A stretch of DNA of 63,692 bases, the filler included, from Lenisia limosa (taxonomy: Eukaryota > Protista > Breviatea), in assembly GCA_001655205.1 (NCBI GenBank). It is 9 parts of 9 records of this genome, joined end to end, with 100 filler letters (N's around TTAATTAATTAA, not from the genome) between each part and the next. Parts side by side here need not be neighbours in the genome. Positions count along the whole stretch, not along the records: positions 1 to 14,147 come from LPNZ01007130.1; 8 more parts are not named here. One strand, written 5' to 3'. The position numbers were made by a program, and so were the translations under genes. The notes below the pieces were generated by a model. That model was not told the DNA's origin. It was given only the letters and a program-made list of their open reading frames with translations, and ran no database searches. Positions 1-12,597 of this stretch are shown piece by piece; position 1 is the first letter of the stretch; every line of letters starts with the position of its first letter.

Positions 1-295
1 GGGGGGGGGGGGTAATAACATTCCCCTTTTTTTGCCCCTAATAGAGACTTTTTTTCATAACTTAGGCCTCCACGAGGTCCAAATAAGACCCCAGACATAT
101 ATACATTTAGCAAGGATTTATAGTGAAACTCGGTATTTTAATGACTCACAACGGCAACATAAGAAAAGCAATATGAGGCAATATTGAAATAGATACGATA
201 AAAATAGAAGAAACGAAAAAAACAGCCAAATACAACAAATTATGGATTCATATCAGCCCAAAATCATTCGTTTCAGAAAGGATCCTCCAAACCCA

Positions 296-499
296 TCAGC
301 ATATCAGTTGAAACCCAACCAACCCAAACATGCTTGGCTCTTGATCAGGCTGCCCCCCGAGATCCATCCCCGAAAACATTGACGCTTCATCGGTAGGCTG
401 ATTTTCTTGTTGCTGCGGACTGTTAGGAAGCTCAACGGGGGCAGGGGGTCGAGACTGGTTCGCAGTTGGAGCAGGTTTCTTCTTCGTAAAGATCCCCAT
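296..499 (-). CDS. Probable first coding exon of an uncharacterised protein; the gene continues off the left edge
   Basis: ATG at 499 opens MGIFTKKKPAPTANQSRPPAPVELPNSPQQQENQPTDEASMFSGMDLGGQPDQEPSMFGL. The composition is protein-like (Pro/Gln-rich) and a plausible donor (TTG|gttggg) follows. No family recognised. Confidence 0.5.
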   Translation of the reverse strand: MGIFTKKKPAPTANQSRPPAPVELPNSPQQQENQPTDEASMFSGMDLGGQPDQEPSMFGLVGFQLIC

Positions 500-662
500 C
501 TCGCTGCTCGGCTTTAAACTATTGTACCAATCTAAATAACCCGCTTAACAGTTCTGAAGAAGGTGAAAGGAGATGAAAAGATAATTTTTCAAAATGTATA
601 CCGAAGATCGGTGATCATCGAAAGTGTATCCTCCATATAAGGCAAGTTTTGCTTCTTTCTTT

Positions 663-1050
663 TTAATCAGATTTGAAGTGTTTTAAGCTTTTCTGAGGAC
701 AAAAAGAGAGGAACTTAGAGTAGAAGTTGGTATTTAGGGGAATTAAATAAAGAAAAAAAGCTACTGACAGACGAGTTGCTATAGTTCCTGCAATTTTCCT
801 CTTCTGGCTTGACTGATCTGATGAGTGTTGAGTGATATTTTCCTGGTCTGAACCTTCTGGTCCCCGGTTGGACAACTTTTTGAAGATCCTCCGTTCATCT
901 TCCTTCAGGACAACAGACAACTGCGCTAGGTGACCCCAAAGTAGGGATATGTTGTGTCCTCTGCCAATCACCACGATTTCTAAAGCCGTTTTACTTTTTA
1001 CTATTTTGAAATATTGATATTCTCTTTGCACCTTAACCTCGTCATCATAA
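663..1050 (-). CDS. Possible exon of an unknown gene
   Basis: Open frame LIYDDEVKVQREYQYFKIVKSKTALEIVVIGRGHNISLLWGHLAQLSVVLKEDERRIFKKL... preceded by a pyrimidine-rich acceptor (ctttttcttttgag). No homology recognised. Confidence 0.25.
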
Positions 1051-1549
1051 ATCAGCTCAAAAGAAAAAGTAAAATGATATTAACCATCAAGAAGATTAAG
1101 GCTAACGTTTTTTTCCCTTTGGCTAAAGCCCCATTATTCAAATCAGTTTCCTCATTTTCAATAGGTTCCATACCGCCTTGGTGACATGCTAACGCATTCC
1201 TTTCTTGTATCTATTTTTACCTCCTTTAGCGCCCAAAGTGTAGCTGGCTGACCAGGGTAGCTGGCTGACCTTGGCAACTGAAATGCCCCCAAGACTGTCA
1301 CTATTGAGGTAGCCAAGTGAGTTGGTCATCATACAGTGTATTCTAAAGTATATCGATATGTATAATCCGTTAACATCATGAACCTATAAGTTCCAAATCA
1401 ACTTGTTTATACTTCCTTTACCAACTAGAGAAATCTTCCTGGATTAATTTGATCGTTTTTAAACAAAAAAAAACAATAATTACAATCTTGAAATGTATAA
1501 TAATAGATATGGATCCCATTAAAGTTTTCAAATTACTCTTAAGGTCACC

Positions 1550-4500
1550 ATGAAATGGGCTACAGTTGTGGTTCGGTCTGGGGAACCCCCATGTTCAAGG
1601 TAGGATTACCATACATAAGACTTCAGTCTGAGCTACTTCATTGAATACACATTTGAAATACAGTTTTCAAATTTGGAATTCCAACAGATTACTGTTTTGG
1701 GCATTAACAGAGTGGATTTGTTTGTTATTGTTATCTTGTCGGTCATGATTCAAGATTAAGAATTATCGATCATTTCTCTGCCATTTATATTATATCCAGT
1801 ACTCATTCCATTTTCATCTTTGTTCAACCGCCTGATCTCTATGATATTACTACTTTCAATAGGGACTTAAGCGCAAAAAACTCACCATTCAGGACAGGCC
1901 ATTCAGCGACTATGGATACCAGAGGACGAATGTGGGAGGAATGGGGGCTTTCTTTACTTCATCGGTTCGTGTAGTTGGAACTTCTTTTTCAGATAGCAAT
2001 CTTTTTATCGAATCAAAAAATCCCTACAAAATCGTAAGATAATGGTTAAATTGGGATTAGGGAACTTCACACAGCACAACTCTAATCAATTATTTTAAAA
2101 AATTAATTTATGCAAAGACCACTTCGTAATATACTCAATGACGTTAAAACGCGGCAAATTGTTTATTAACTTCCCCAGGTGGATCTTTGGCGGCTGTTCT
2201 CCTACGAAGTGGCTCAATGACCTCTTTGTTTTTGACACAGGTTTGTCGTTATTAGTACAATGAATCCAATATTCATTGTCGAAATTTGCTTTGTACACCT
2301 TGACACCAATACATAATATAATTGATATAACCTTTCATTTACCCCCCTCTTAGCTATTCTTCTTAATATTTTTGAAAATAATCTCCCATCAGATTTGTTA
2401 GAATGGAGAGAAGTCATAGCTCCTGACGGACCAACCCCTCGACACTCACACACTGCTGTTCTGGTATCCGGGTAGAGCTTCTTTGTTTACCAATAAACAC
2501 AAGATATTCTGGAAAATCTGAATTCTAACAATGATTCTCATGTCACTTGAGAATATACCTGTAGAATGTTCATATAAGATACTGAAATTAGAGGAATAAT
2601 ACAAAGAGTTATATTTATATTGCCTTGTCTGGGGTTTTATTTATATTGTACAATTGCTTCATTGACAAATGACCCATGGGCCTTTGTAACACACCCAGGT
2701 TGGCCACTCAGTCTATCTTTTTGGTGGAATGGGAACGAAGGGGCAGAAGCTACGCGACTTATACGCTTTTAACACTGGTATGCTTTGGCAACATTTCATA
2801 TTTAAAAGTAATCCATATGTGACTGCAGATTGAGAATACAAGTAGAATATCACACTATATATCATATACAAACCTTTTGAAGGAATTTTCCAAAATTTGT
2901 GCTCATATCATTGTTTGAGTACTGAACTGCTTTTTCCAAAGAACTGTGCTGATCTGCAATATATCAAATCAAATTATGAGACAGAGTCTGAAAAATGGAC
3001 AATTCCCTCAACAAAAGGAGCGCCCCCATGCGCGCGAGCATGGCATGCAGCCACGTCAAATGCAAGAAAGGTATTATTATGACGAATGATAAATTATCGA
3101 GAAGAGATAAAACAACGCTATAAATTTCAATTGTCCTCCAAAGGTTTATTCTTTGTAATTAGAAAAATATTCAATAATAATGGCTAAAATCTAGAAAACT
3201 TATATCATTCCAGATGTTTATCTTTGGTGGCTTCAGTACCAAGCGACTCAATGACCTTATTGCCTTCGACACGGGCACAAACGTTTGGACTGAAATGAAG
3301 ACGTCAGGGACCATTCCATGCAGTCGGCACTCTCACACTCTGTCAGTCATCGGTATGTCAAAACTGTAAGAAATGGACAAGATTATATTTTATAGTATCT
3401 TGTTGACCAGTAATAATATTCAACATATAGCTACTCAAAAAAGAAAATTCAATTATGGTAGTAATTGTGAAACACCAAACGTTAATTTCATTATTTATAG
3501 GCACAGATCTGATTGTGCATGGTGGCGGAGGCGTAGGCGGTACTCTTGGTGACACCCACTTTCTAGACCTTGGTAAGTTTGTTAAGCCTACAAAATAAAG
3601 AAATACTATATGATATTTAATGAGAAACCATTTTCTGATATTTAAATGTAACATGTGGGATTTCTTTCAACTACTACTCCATAAAGTGTATATTTTGATA
3701 CATTATTTTAGTATTCCATTTTATTTTATTCAGTTTGAACTATTCTTTGGCAGTAAAAAAGTAAAAATACTTTCACTACTGTGCATCGATTGGATCGGCT
3801 TTTAGTGTCTGGGAGTCGCATAATTTCCAATTTCTAAATGATTCATGGTGTTGTCATGAATAATAAGAATACCATTTTCATAAGAACAATTAAATGCTGT
3901 GTAGTAATTGAGATCATTTTACATCACGCTTCTATATATATATATAGTATAATATATACTATATATATATATTATAACTCAAAACTATCAATTTGTTTTC
4001 ATTTTACACTCATTACAATAATAATTTTGTGTTGTCTGTTCCCTTGAGACCCATCTTCAAATTGTATCTTATTATTATCCAAAAACAAGAGTGAACCTAA
4101 CAAATACACAAACCCTCAGTTTTGAATCTGACAAAGAAATACAATGTGACTACAATTGAAGTGACAGAGGGAAAACCTCATATAAATCGAAACAATCAAT
4201 AATAGAAATTATCACGGATTTAAACTCCAGACTAGTTCTTTATTGAAAATGCATTAACTCTCCAGTATAAACGATATCTTTTGAATGTTGTCCAAGTAGT
4301 GGAGATAATGATGTTAACATCTGCTCTAATTAACTTCCATCAGTCTTTTTCCATTACAGCATTTGTTGCTCTGAGAAGAGGAATTTCCCATTGTTGTTTG
4401 AGTCTTAATAGACCTCTAGAAGGGGATGAAGGCAAAAATTATAGCAGACTGAAGGCAAGTGGGCAACAGCAAAGGGAAAAACAAGTGCCTGATTACCCGC

Positions 4501-6799
4501 TGCAATTAAAATAATTGACAGGGTTAGTTTAAATCACTATTATTGGAGGGGCTTTTGTCGACGAAGGAGGGCTTCCCAGCCATATCCAGGAAGAGGGGGG
4601 CCTACAGCATGAGAATGGAATTTCTTGTGCATGGAGTATTCAGTGTAATTTACCGAGCATACTTTTTGGGGGGTGTTAGCTGAGTGGATCTTTTTGGTGG
4701 TTTATTGTGGACATACATCGAACTAGCAGAGTACACCGAAAAACACAGTCAGACAGTTTCCACTGCTTCACCAAACTGTCAAAACCGTGCTTCATAGTTG
4801 TGACTGTCGCAAAATTTTGTCAAGTACCCAAAAAGCACCAAAGTTATTTCGAAACACGTGCCAATACAACCTCAGCATACGGCTCAACTTGGGTCTTGAT
4901 GGAAAAGATCACCCAATTCCGAAGACGGAGAAAGCATCAAAGCTTCTGCCATTAAAAGTGTTCACAAAATTATTGCCAAATACTGGAGTCCAAATTACCC
5001 CACAACTGTGAAAAATAATATCTTGAAATAATAACACACCATTGTGTGTTTTCGAATTGAAGAAGGGTCTTAAAGGGACAGAAATTCTTTCGTTATTATG
5101 ATTTTTTGGATATTGTCATTTTTTATTATTCTGTATTAACACTTATTCTAACTTTTGGTTGAATTATAAGTACAATTTATTTCCTTAAATCACTGATAAA
5201 TGTCATTATGTAGAGGTATTTTTAAACCAAACTTGAAGCTCAAACTCATAATTCAATATTATTGGCATGGTAAATTTCCTCACCATTCAGCCACTTTGGT
5301 ATGGACTATGCCTACAATTCAAGGCATACCCCCAAAACCTAGGTAAATATTTTATTTTACAACTGGGGCTTAAGGTCCCAAAAAGACTGAATTAATCAAA
5401 TATCTCCACGAAATGTAGATATAAAGCCACATGATTAATAGCTTCAATAAAATCGGTAATCCCAATTCTATTTTTCTCATATACATTTATCCAGGTGATT
5501 CAAACAAGCACATATTTTCTTCATATCATATGTACTATGCTGTTCTCAGTGATACTATTATGTATTACGTGTAATTTAGATAAAACATTGTTTTGTGACA
5601 CATCTTTATTATAATACTAATGTAGCTGTAGCCACCAACTGTATTATCAGAAACTGTCGTTACGGTCATTGACACAATTTAGATACAGCCACACCGCAAC
5701 TCCGTACTACGACCAATTGGTAGTTATTGGTCAGGTGCAAGGAAACGGCGGCGTTTCATTGACTGATGTTCTTGATTGTGGTAGGTAGAAAGTGAATCTG
5801 ATACTATGGATATTATTTTGATATTATGTTTTTGGCCAGCATCAAATGGTAAAATATATTATTTTTTTACAATATACAAACAATTGTGGTATATTTTCCT
5901 CCAATTAATGTAAAGTCGTAGTCAAATCTATATATCATATTATATGGTATATTATTTCTTAAACTACTGCAGAACAACTCGCCTGGGAATCGCCAACCCT
6001 CGACACACCACTTCCCCAATTGGGACATGGACACTCAGCTTGCTCAGTATGTATATATTATATATGTATTTGCTATGTCAACAAAACTTAGTATGAGTAT
6101 CTCAATGCGATTTATCAATTATAAACTCACATTTTATTAAAAAAAAATAGCTCTATATTCATAATATTAGGTGAGCTCTAATCTAGTATTATTACAACAC
6201 AACTCACAGTATCAGTATGGAAGCGAGCTCTTTGTTTTCGGCGGAGATGCATGTACCACCACAGGCATACACTTTTTGAATCTTGGTAGGGGACAAGTGG
6301 GATAGGGTGAAAAATATGGTGTGGATGACTTGGAGTAGTAAAGTGGTTGCATCAATTAGGAGTGACGGTATTCATATTCACAACAGTAGTATCATTTTTG
6401 ACCCCTTTGGGGGTGAAGGAATAAGTGGAATAAGATGAGGAATCAACGATAGTATGGTGGGGATGAAGGGGATATTAAGCTGTCCAAATCGTGGTAACAG
6501 ATTAATTGAGGTTAAGACGAGAACGTTACATAAATAACATGCACAAATCAAATAATCTGACAAAAGCCGCCCACCTATTCAATAATATTATTATTTTACT
6601 GCAAGCTCCTCATTGTTTCGGAGTTACCAATTTAGACATTCTTCTGGGTGGTGAACCTGACGAGTCTCAAATTCCAAGTCACATTGAGGAACCAGTAACC
6701 CCCAAAGGTGTGTATTGGGCTACACTTCGGTTCTACAAAAGACTGAATAAACCCTCGAAAACTATCGATAATTTACCAGTAGTTTGGGAGCCAAAGTGA
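1550..6799 (+). CDS. Kelch-repeat beta-propeller protein, complete, 13 exons, 361 aa
   Basis: Exons 1550-1599, 1893-1931, 2179-2240, 2393-2463, 2699-2777, 2985-3070, 3214-3352, 3501-3572, 5291-5342, 5683-5780, 5973-6046, 6216-6285, 6606-6799. All introns are GT-AG, phases are consistent, and the total of 1086 nt is divisible by 3. Kelch motifs recur: PCSRTGHSAT..MWIFGG..LNDLFVFDT..W, PTPRHSHTAV..VYLFGG..LRDLYAFNT, PCARAWHAA..MFIFGG..LNDLIAFDT, PCSRHSHTLSVIG, PKPRYSHTAT, LFVFGG. Confidence 0.92.
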
Positions 6800-7171
6800 A
6801 ACCCTAGGTGTGTGGCATTGAAATGATGACTGTATTGGCGTTAAATTGATGTACTGATTTTACCCTATCATGATGTTGGTTAATATACTTATTTTATAGC
6901 CGTGTTATTATTTCTGAGGGGCTTTTATTGCATAAACATAATGTGTGTATGGGAGGTATTTTGCAATGTGAATTTATATTTGGTAAAGGATACTGCATAA
7001 AACTGGGAGGGTGTGTGAATGTGAGTTTATGTGATCTGTGCGGATGATGTTCTTTTGTAAATTCAATCAGTTTATGGTAGGGTTAGAACTGCCTGACTGG
7101 CGGTGGGGGTGAAGTTAAAAATCAAAACAGAGAGCAAAAGAGTGAGCACAAATATAACCATAAGGTAACAG

Positions 7172-8236
7172 TTTATCCTAACCTTTGATTTTGACGACTC
7201 AGTTGAAATAAAACTGATTTTAGAATGGCCTAACCTTCTGGCAGACCTAAAGAATATTGACTTCTTCAAAATTGAGGCTTCACCAATGCGACGGCGCAGT
7301 CACCTTGTGGGAGGAATAGTAACAGACACTTCAAAAACTCGTATTATACAATTCGCAACTGCGCATCGACTTCAGATTCTTGTAAAAACGTTGGAATTCC
7401 ATTTACATTGAAATCCCATATAATTTTCAGAAATTATCGAATTCCGGAATAATAATAGGAAATCCCAAGTCGATGCGCCGTAGTGAAGAAGTACACAGAT
7501 TATTGTGTTACCTTAGATAACTTAGGCTTGATTAATTATTTTGCACTTGATTTGTTTTGAAGTGGAAAATGATATTTGATGGAGGACTTGAGATTTTAAT
7601 CACCTGTAACTGCAATGTTTAACACCTTTATTAAGCAATAACATTGATAATTCCCTATTCATCTGACAGAAATGCAAGATTGGAGGTCCTGTAACACCAA
7701 TATAGAGTTTTATTCCTCCAGCAAATCGACAACATTCCACGAGCACGAACGCCAACAATTCCGCTAAAACCTCCCCCATTGGCCCCTGAAACTTGTCAAA
7801 AGAAGCACCATCGGAAAAGCAGAGTTCCAAGGGTACTGCTTCTTTTGGTGCTTTCAGTGGTTGGAGGTGAACTTATATCTAATAGGATATCATATTTATT
7901 GCTTCACTTTTGGTCTTAAATGAAATGTAATATCGAGGGTTTATCGAGTATTTTGTGTTGCGTATTGGTTGTATTTCCCATTCATTATTTATTATTTCTC
8001 TGTTTATCTTCTTCCCATTTATTGTTTTGTACTTCTCTGATTTCCCCTATTTTCCCCACTCCTTGGGTTGCATTTTGGAAAGTAAACAAAGTCGGATATC
8101 CAAATCACTCTTGTTAGGTATCTTTGTTAAGACGGATATGATGAAAGAAAAAACAGCTGTGAGAGTAGATAACATGTCTTGGGGAGATTATTCAACCATG
8201 AGAATACGTAAACATACCAGATCACATTCGATTTAA
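7172..8236 (+). CDS. Possible multi-exon gene with a transmembrane segment (unresolved)
   Basis: Candidate exons FILTFDFDDSVEIKLILEWPNLL...RLQIL (7172-~7381) and QIDNIPRARTPTIPLKPPPLAPETCQKKHHRKSRVPRVLLLLVLSVVG (~7721-7866), both with AG/GT ends. Competing open frames exist on the minus strand. Confidence 0.2.
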
Positions 8237-9414
8237 AAATGGGTCATCAGCGTTTTTTTTACCTTTTCCTCAATGAATAAGGGCCCGATAAAGAACTTGT
8301 ATATTAGCGAGTAACAGCTGTGGGCCTGTCCCTCAATGGTCAAAGCCCTTTCGGTTTTAACTCTAGATGTGATCTTGGAGATAATGTTGAAATATACTGC
8401 ATATATTATTGTTGGATTGACAGAACTCCAAAATAAAAACTAAATGGAACAATCGAGACAGATCCGGAGTAGTTAGCAACTCCTCTTTGTTGTCAGATAT
8501 TAGACTCACAGAAGGGCCTCGCCACCAACATTTGCGGCTTTGGAGGAGAGCTCGACTATAATTGCTGACTTTCTACATTTACTGAAAATTGGGCCAAGAG
8601 TATTATTACAAACTTCAATAATTTATGAAAGAGGGAAATTCAAAATCATGAGTAAATAAAGAAAAAGCCATAAGTCAACATAGACTATGGTCAGGATTTT
8701 TGGGTGTAATTTTGTTTCTCAGGAGTGTGAGCATCCAGAATAATCTCGAGTAGCATTTCACTTAAACTACCGAAAAACTGTCACATTTCAAATAGTAATG
8801 TTTCTTTGCAGTCGCAATTGAAATATCTGGGATTATTATCAAGACCAAAATATGTCTTGTAGAAATGAGAAATGATTAAGGCGGCTATTTTATGAATAGT
8901 GACAACCAACAGTTTACAAAAAAAGGTAACGTAAAAGTAATTGTCATGATTATCAACGCAGAAAAAAAATATTTATATACAGTATTTAACAAGCCACACC
9001 AGAGTAGGGGCCATTTCTTCCTCACCGATCAATTGTGTGTGTATGAAAAAACGGAAGTCTGCTTAAATTGTGAAAACAATGGTTTTTTTGGAATTTCGCC
9101 CGTTTTTCCATCTAAGATTGCAAGAAAGATGCACTTTTCTCAGTTAACTCCAAGAAAATTGTAAAACATTAATATTTTTGTTTTCTTGGAATTAACTTTT
9201 CCAAAATATTGGTCAAATAGTATAGTTTTTAAGGGTACCCATGGAAGTGCTTAATTCTATTAATTTAGATGATGTTTTCATAGAGTGTTGTAAAACAGAG
9301 ACAACCTCACATAAATGATTAAACTCAAAATCATATTAACATTTAACTTTATAAGAAAAACAACTGAAAGCACCAAAAGAAGGGGAAAGAGCATGATTTC
9401 GATTAGGAAAGAGT

Positions 9415-9755
9415 GCAGGCCACCGGACTTTGTCATTGTAACAGATCAGAATGAATAATTATGAATAAAAACTTTGAATTTCTCAATAAATCAATACTTT
9501 ATCAGTTTAATTTTGAATCAAATATCTGTGTCCATAGAGCTTAAGACAATTCATGTGTTCTGTGAGTGCAAGAACGTAACCAGAGGCAGGCCACCGGACT
9601 TTGTCATTGTAACAGATCGGAATGAATAATTATGAATAAAAACTTTTAATTTCTCAATAAATCAATACTTTATCAATTTGATTTCGTATATCAAATCTCT
9701 GTGCCAATAGAGCTTAAGACAGTTCATGCGTTCTGTTAGTGCAAGAACGTAACAG
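9415..9755. repeat. Tandem duplication of a ~170-bp unit (2 copies)
   Basis: GCAGGCCACCGGACTTTGTCATTGTAACAGATC..GAATGAATAATTATGAATAAAAACTTT...GTGCAAGAACGTAAC occurs at ~9415 and ~9586 with scattered substitutions. Confidence 0.9.
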
Positions 9756-9759
9756 ATGG

Positions 9760-11560
9760 AGGTTGTGCCATAAATCTTGAAATGCGGGATCGCGGTCTCC
9801 AGAAGGTTCATCAAGTATCATACGTGTATAGAACCCTACAGACACAGGATCTAAATTAGTTCAGTTGGTGAGTGAAGGGGGGGATAAGTTCTACTATAAA
9901 CGGCCGGGTGGTGATGCAATGGCCAGGGGGGGGGGGNNNNNNNNNNNNNNNNNNNNNNNNNNNNNNNNNNNNNNNNNNNNNNNNNNNNNNNNNNNNNNNN
10001 NNNNNNNNNNNNNCAGTTGGTGGTGCATGCAACTACTAAAATCGATTGGAGTACGGGAATAGAAGAAAATAACACAATAACAGAAACAGACACATTCGGG
10101 GGTCTTGACAAGGCCCTTTATAAACAGATAATTCTGTTGACCATTGCAAGAACCATAAACTCTTAGAAACATTGGATTATTCAACGAAAGATATTGTCTT
10201 GTGGTTTGCGTACATGGGGAAAACAAACAGCTTCATGATTTGTTTGAAATGATGCTGTGTTTCATTCTTATCAAACTATTGCCAATAATTGTGAGCGAAG
10301 TGGACCCTGAGCAAAACTAAATATCCCAAATAGAGACCCAAAGATAGACCCAAAAACGTCTTGGATAATTCTGTTTAATCTATTTGCCGAGTATAGTTTA
10401 ACCCAGGTATCGCTGGAATCTAAACAACAACCAATGAGCAAGCAATATAGAGGTGTTAAGTTAACTAGGGTCAGACCAAAATCCCACAATTATAGCATGT
10501 TTTTGTATCAAAGATTACAGTATAAACCAGATATCTCGCATTTTGAACAACAAAGTATAGTATAACATAGATACCTCGAAAATTATACAACTAATATAAT
10601 AAGGAGCTATTCCAAATAAATTTTTTAAAAGTGATCATTTTGAGAATCACTACATTTGTACTCCAGTACAATTGGCAAACTCATAAATTAGTCATTTTAT
10701 TTTTGGCGAAACCCCATGTGCCCCTGTGATCGGGTTTGGAGTTGAACAACGTCTTTTTTTCACCGTTATAACATTCAAGCTTCGTCTTTTCCTTGACAGT
10801 GTTTCTCCAGTTTCATAGTATAGTTCAACCCAGATGCACAATTTGTTAAAGATAAGATGATGAACCACAAATATGAGTGAATTTTGAAGTGATTATTCCA
10901 ATTAATAATTAAGAACCGTTTTCATATTACTAATGGACATATCTCAGAAACTAGTACAGGTGTACCAACCAAAAGACTAAATATAGATTAGAGGAAATAT
11001 GGAAATTGGTATCAGAAAAAAACTGTTTAATTGAACAAAAAATTTTAAAATTAGAACAGCTGTTTCTAATGTCTGAGATGTAACCCAAAGGGAGGTTCCT
11101 TTTGCTCACTAATTTGCCTTGATTAGCCAATGTTAGGTCAATTTGTCGTTATTTGACATTTTCAATTTCAGATTTATTCGTAATACCCCACAATCCCATC
11201 ACATATCCCCATATTTTGCACGCACCCTGCCAACCCACACTTATTCATACCAGATTGGTGGAGTTGATTTATTCTGTGTTTTGTACTGAAACACCAGTTC
11301 CTGATTAGTAACTTAACACCAATATTCATATTGTACATAGATACATTACATGTATATATTAGATATTTCCTTCCTTTCACCCCTTAGATTGGCCTGAATG
11401 TTTTGGTGACGTTGCTGGCAGTTTTAAAACTGGGTTACCTGACAAGCCTTGCCAAAAGTCATGACAGTTTTCCATGTTTTGAATAGAGTCCAAAAGAACC
11501 TTGTGCATTAATTTGTAACACGATCTGATGCTTCTGTTTGGTCAAGCAATCGAATATTCA
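9760..11560 (-). CDS. Possible unresolved multi-exon gene
   Basis: Several short minus-strand open segments have plausible AG/GT borders, e.g. DTWVKLYSANRLNRIIQDVFGSIFGSLFGIFSFAQGPLRSQLLAI (~10290-10420) and KLCIWVELYYETGETLSRKRRSLNVIT (~10765-10850). No family recognised and the exons could not be chained. Confidence 0.2.
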
Positions 11561-12597
11561 CCTATTGTATTATATTAAGAGCTAACTATATATGTAATGT
11601 TGGAATTCATCAAATGACACCGTGCAATTAAATTTGAAGTGAGACCTTCAATCCAGACACGTTATTTTGTTATATAATCAATTGCATGGAGGCATGGTTT
11701 GTTATCATCGATTCCTTGCAATAATGTTTCGTAAATTAAAACTCTTCCGTACCAAGAAAGAGATAGCTCTTAATATTACCATAGGGAAGCAGACGCGTGA
11801 GTCGAATGAATTGAATTGACGCGTGCTTAGATATCTCTACTACTAGATGATTATTGTCGTACATATAAATATACACATTCGGTTCCCTGATCCATGGTAC
11901 CCAATTTTACATTGTTTTTGTATCTGGAACGCCAGGTTGAAATAATTTCACCCAAAAGGGTGGAATTTTACTCAATCTGCTGTCACACTTGCCTTATAAG
12001 GAAGATTTTTAAGGCGGAATTTTACCCAACGGGGTAATTTTACCCACTTGTTTTGAATTTTACCCAACTTACATTAAGGTTGTCGCTTAAATGTAATTAG
12101 GAAGGGAAAGGTCTGGTGCTGGTGAAACTTGAGTTCTTTAGAAAACGTGGCCGGGGGCAAAAAAAAACAAATTTGGGTAAAATTCCTGGGGTTAGGTGAA
12201 AATTTTTGGTAAAATTCTATCTTCCCATCTGGAACGGGGAACGCATTTGGATTCTTCGGAAACAAGAATGAGCTCAAAAAAAAAAAGTAACATTGTTGGC
12301 TCAAGTCAAATTAGTGGTCCTATGTGAACCACTTCCTTCAGAAATTGTGAAATAGAAAATAAGGTTGTGGCCGAAACTGTCCACATCATCACGCTTATAA
12401 AAGATATTGGATTATAGTATCACTTCCTCATAATAATGCAGTAGTACATCCATGAGGAATAAATAAACGAGAGACCATAATAATACAAACAATAATAAAA
12501 AAAAAAATATAGAACACGGACCCGAAACTATACACAACTGAAAAATTCTTTATTTGGCAACCACCATTGTAACCTGTCTAAAACGGGGATGCAGGCT

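Noticed and set aside
1921-1960. Apparent frameshift in the Kelch gene (GRMW/GGMG)
   Set aside because: It is resolved by an intron: AT|gtggga...ccccag|G TGG ATC restores MWIFGG.
7600-7830. FSDGAS...EVLAELLAF suggested an RNase H domain of a retroelement
   Set aside because: The segment is too short, has no RT or integrase nearby, lacks convincing further catalytic residues, and a competing plus-strand exon reading exists.
12365-12420. GTGATGA in one family B copy, resembling a snoRNA C box
   Set aside because: The motif is not conserved in other copies (GTGATAG, GTGATGG, GTAATGG, GTGCTGG) and there is no consistent D box.
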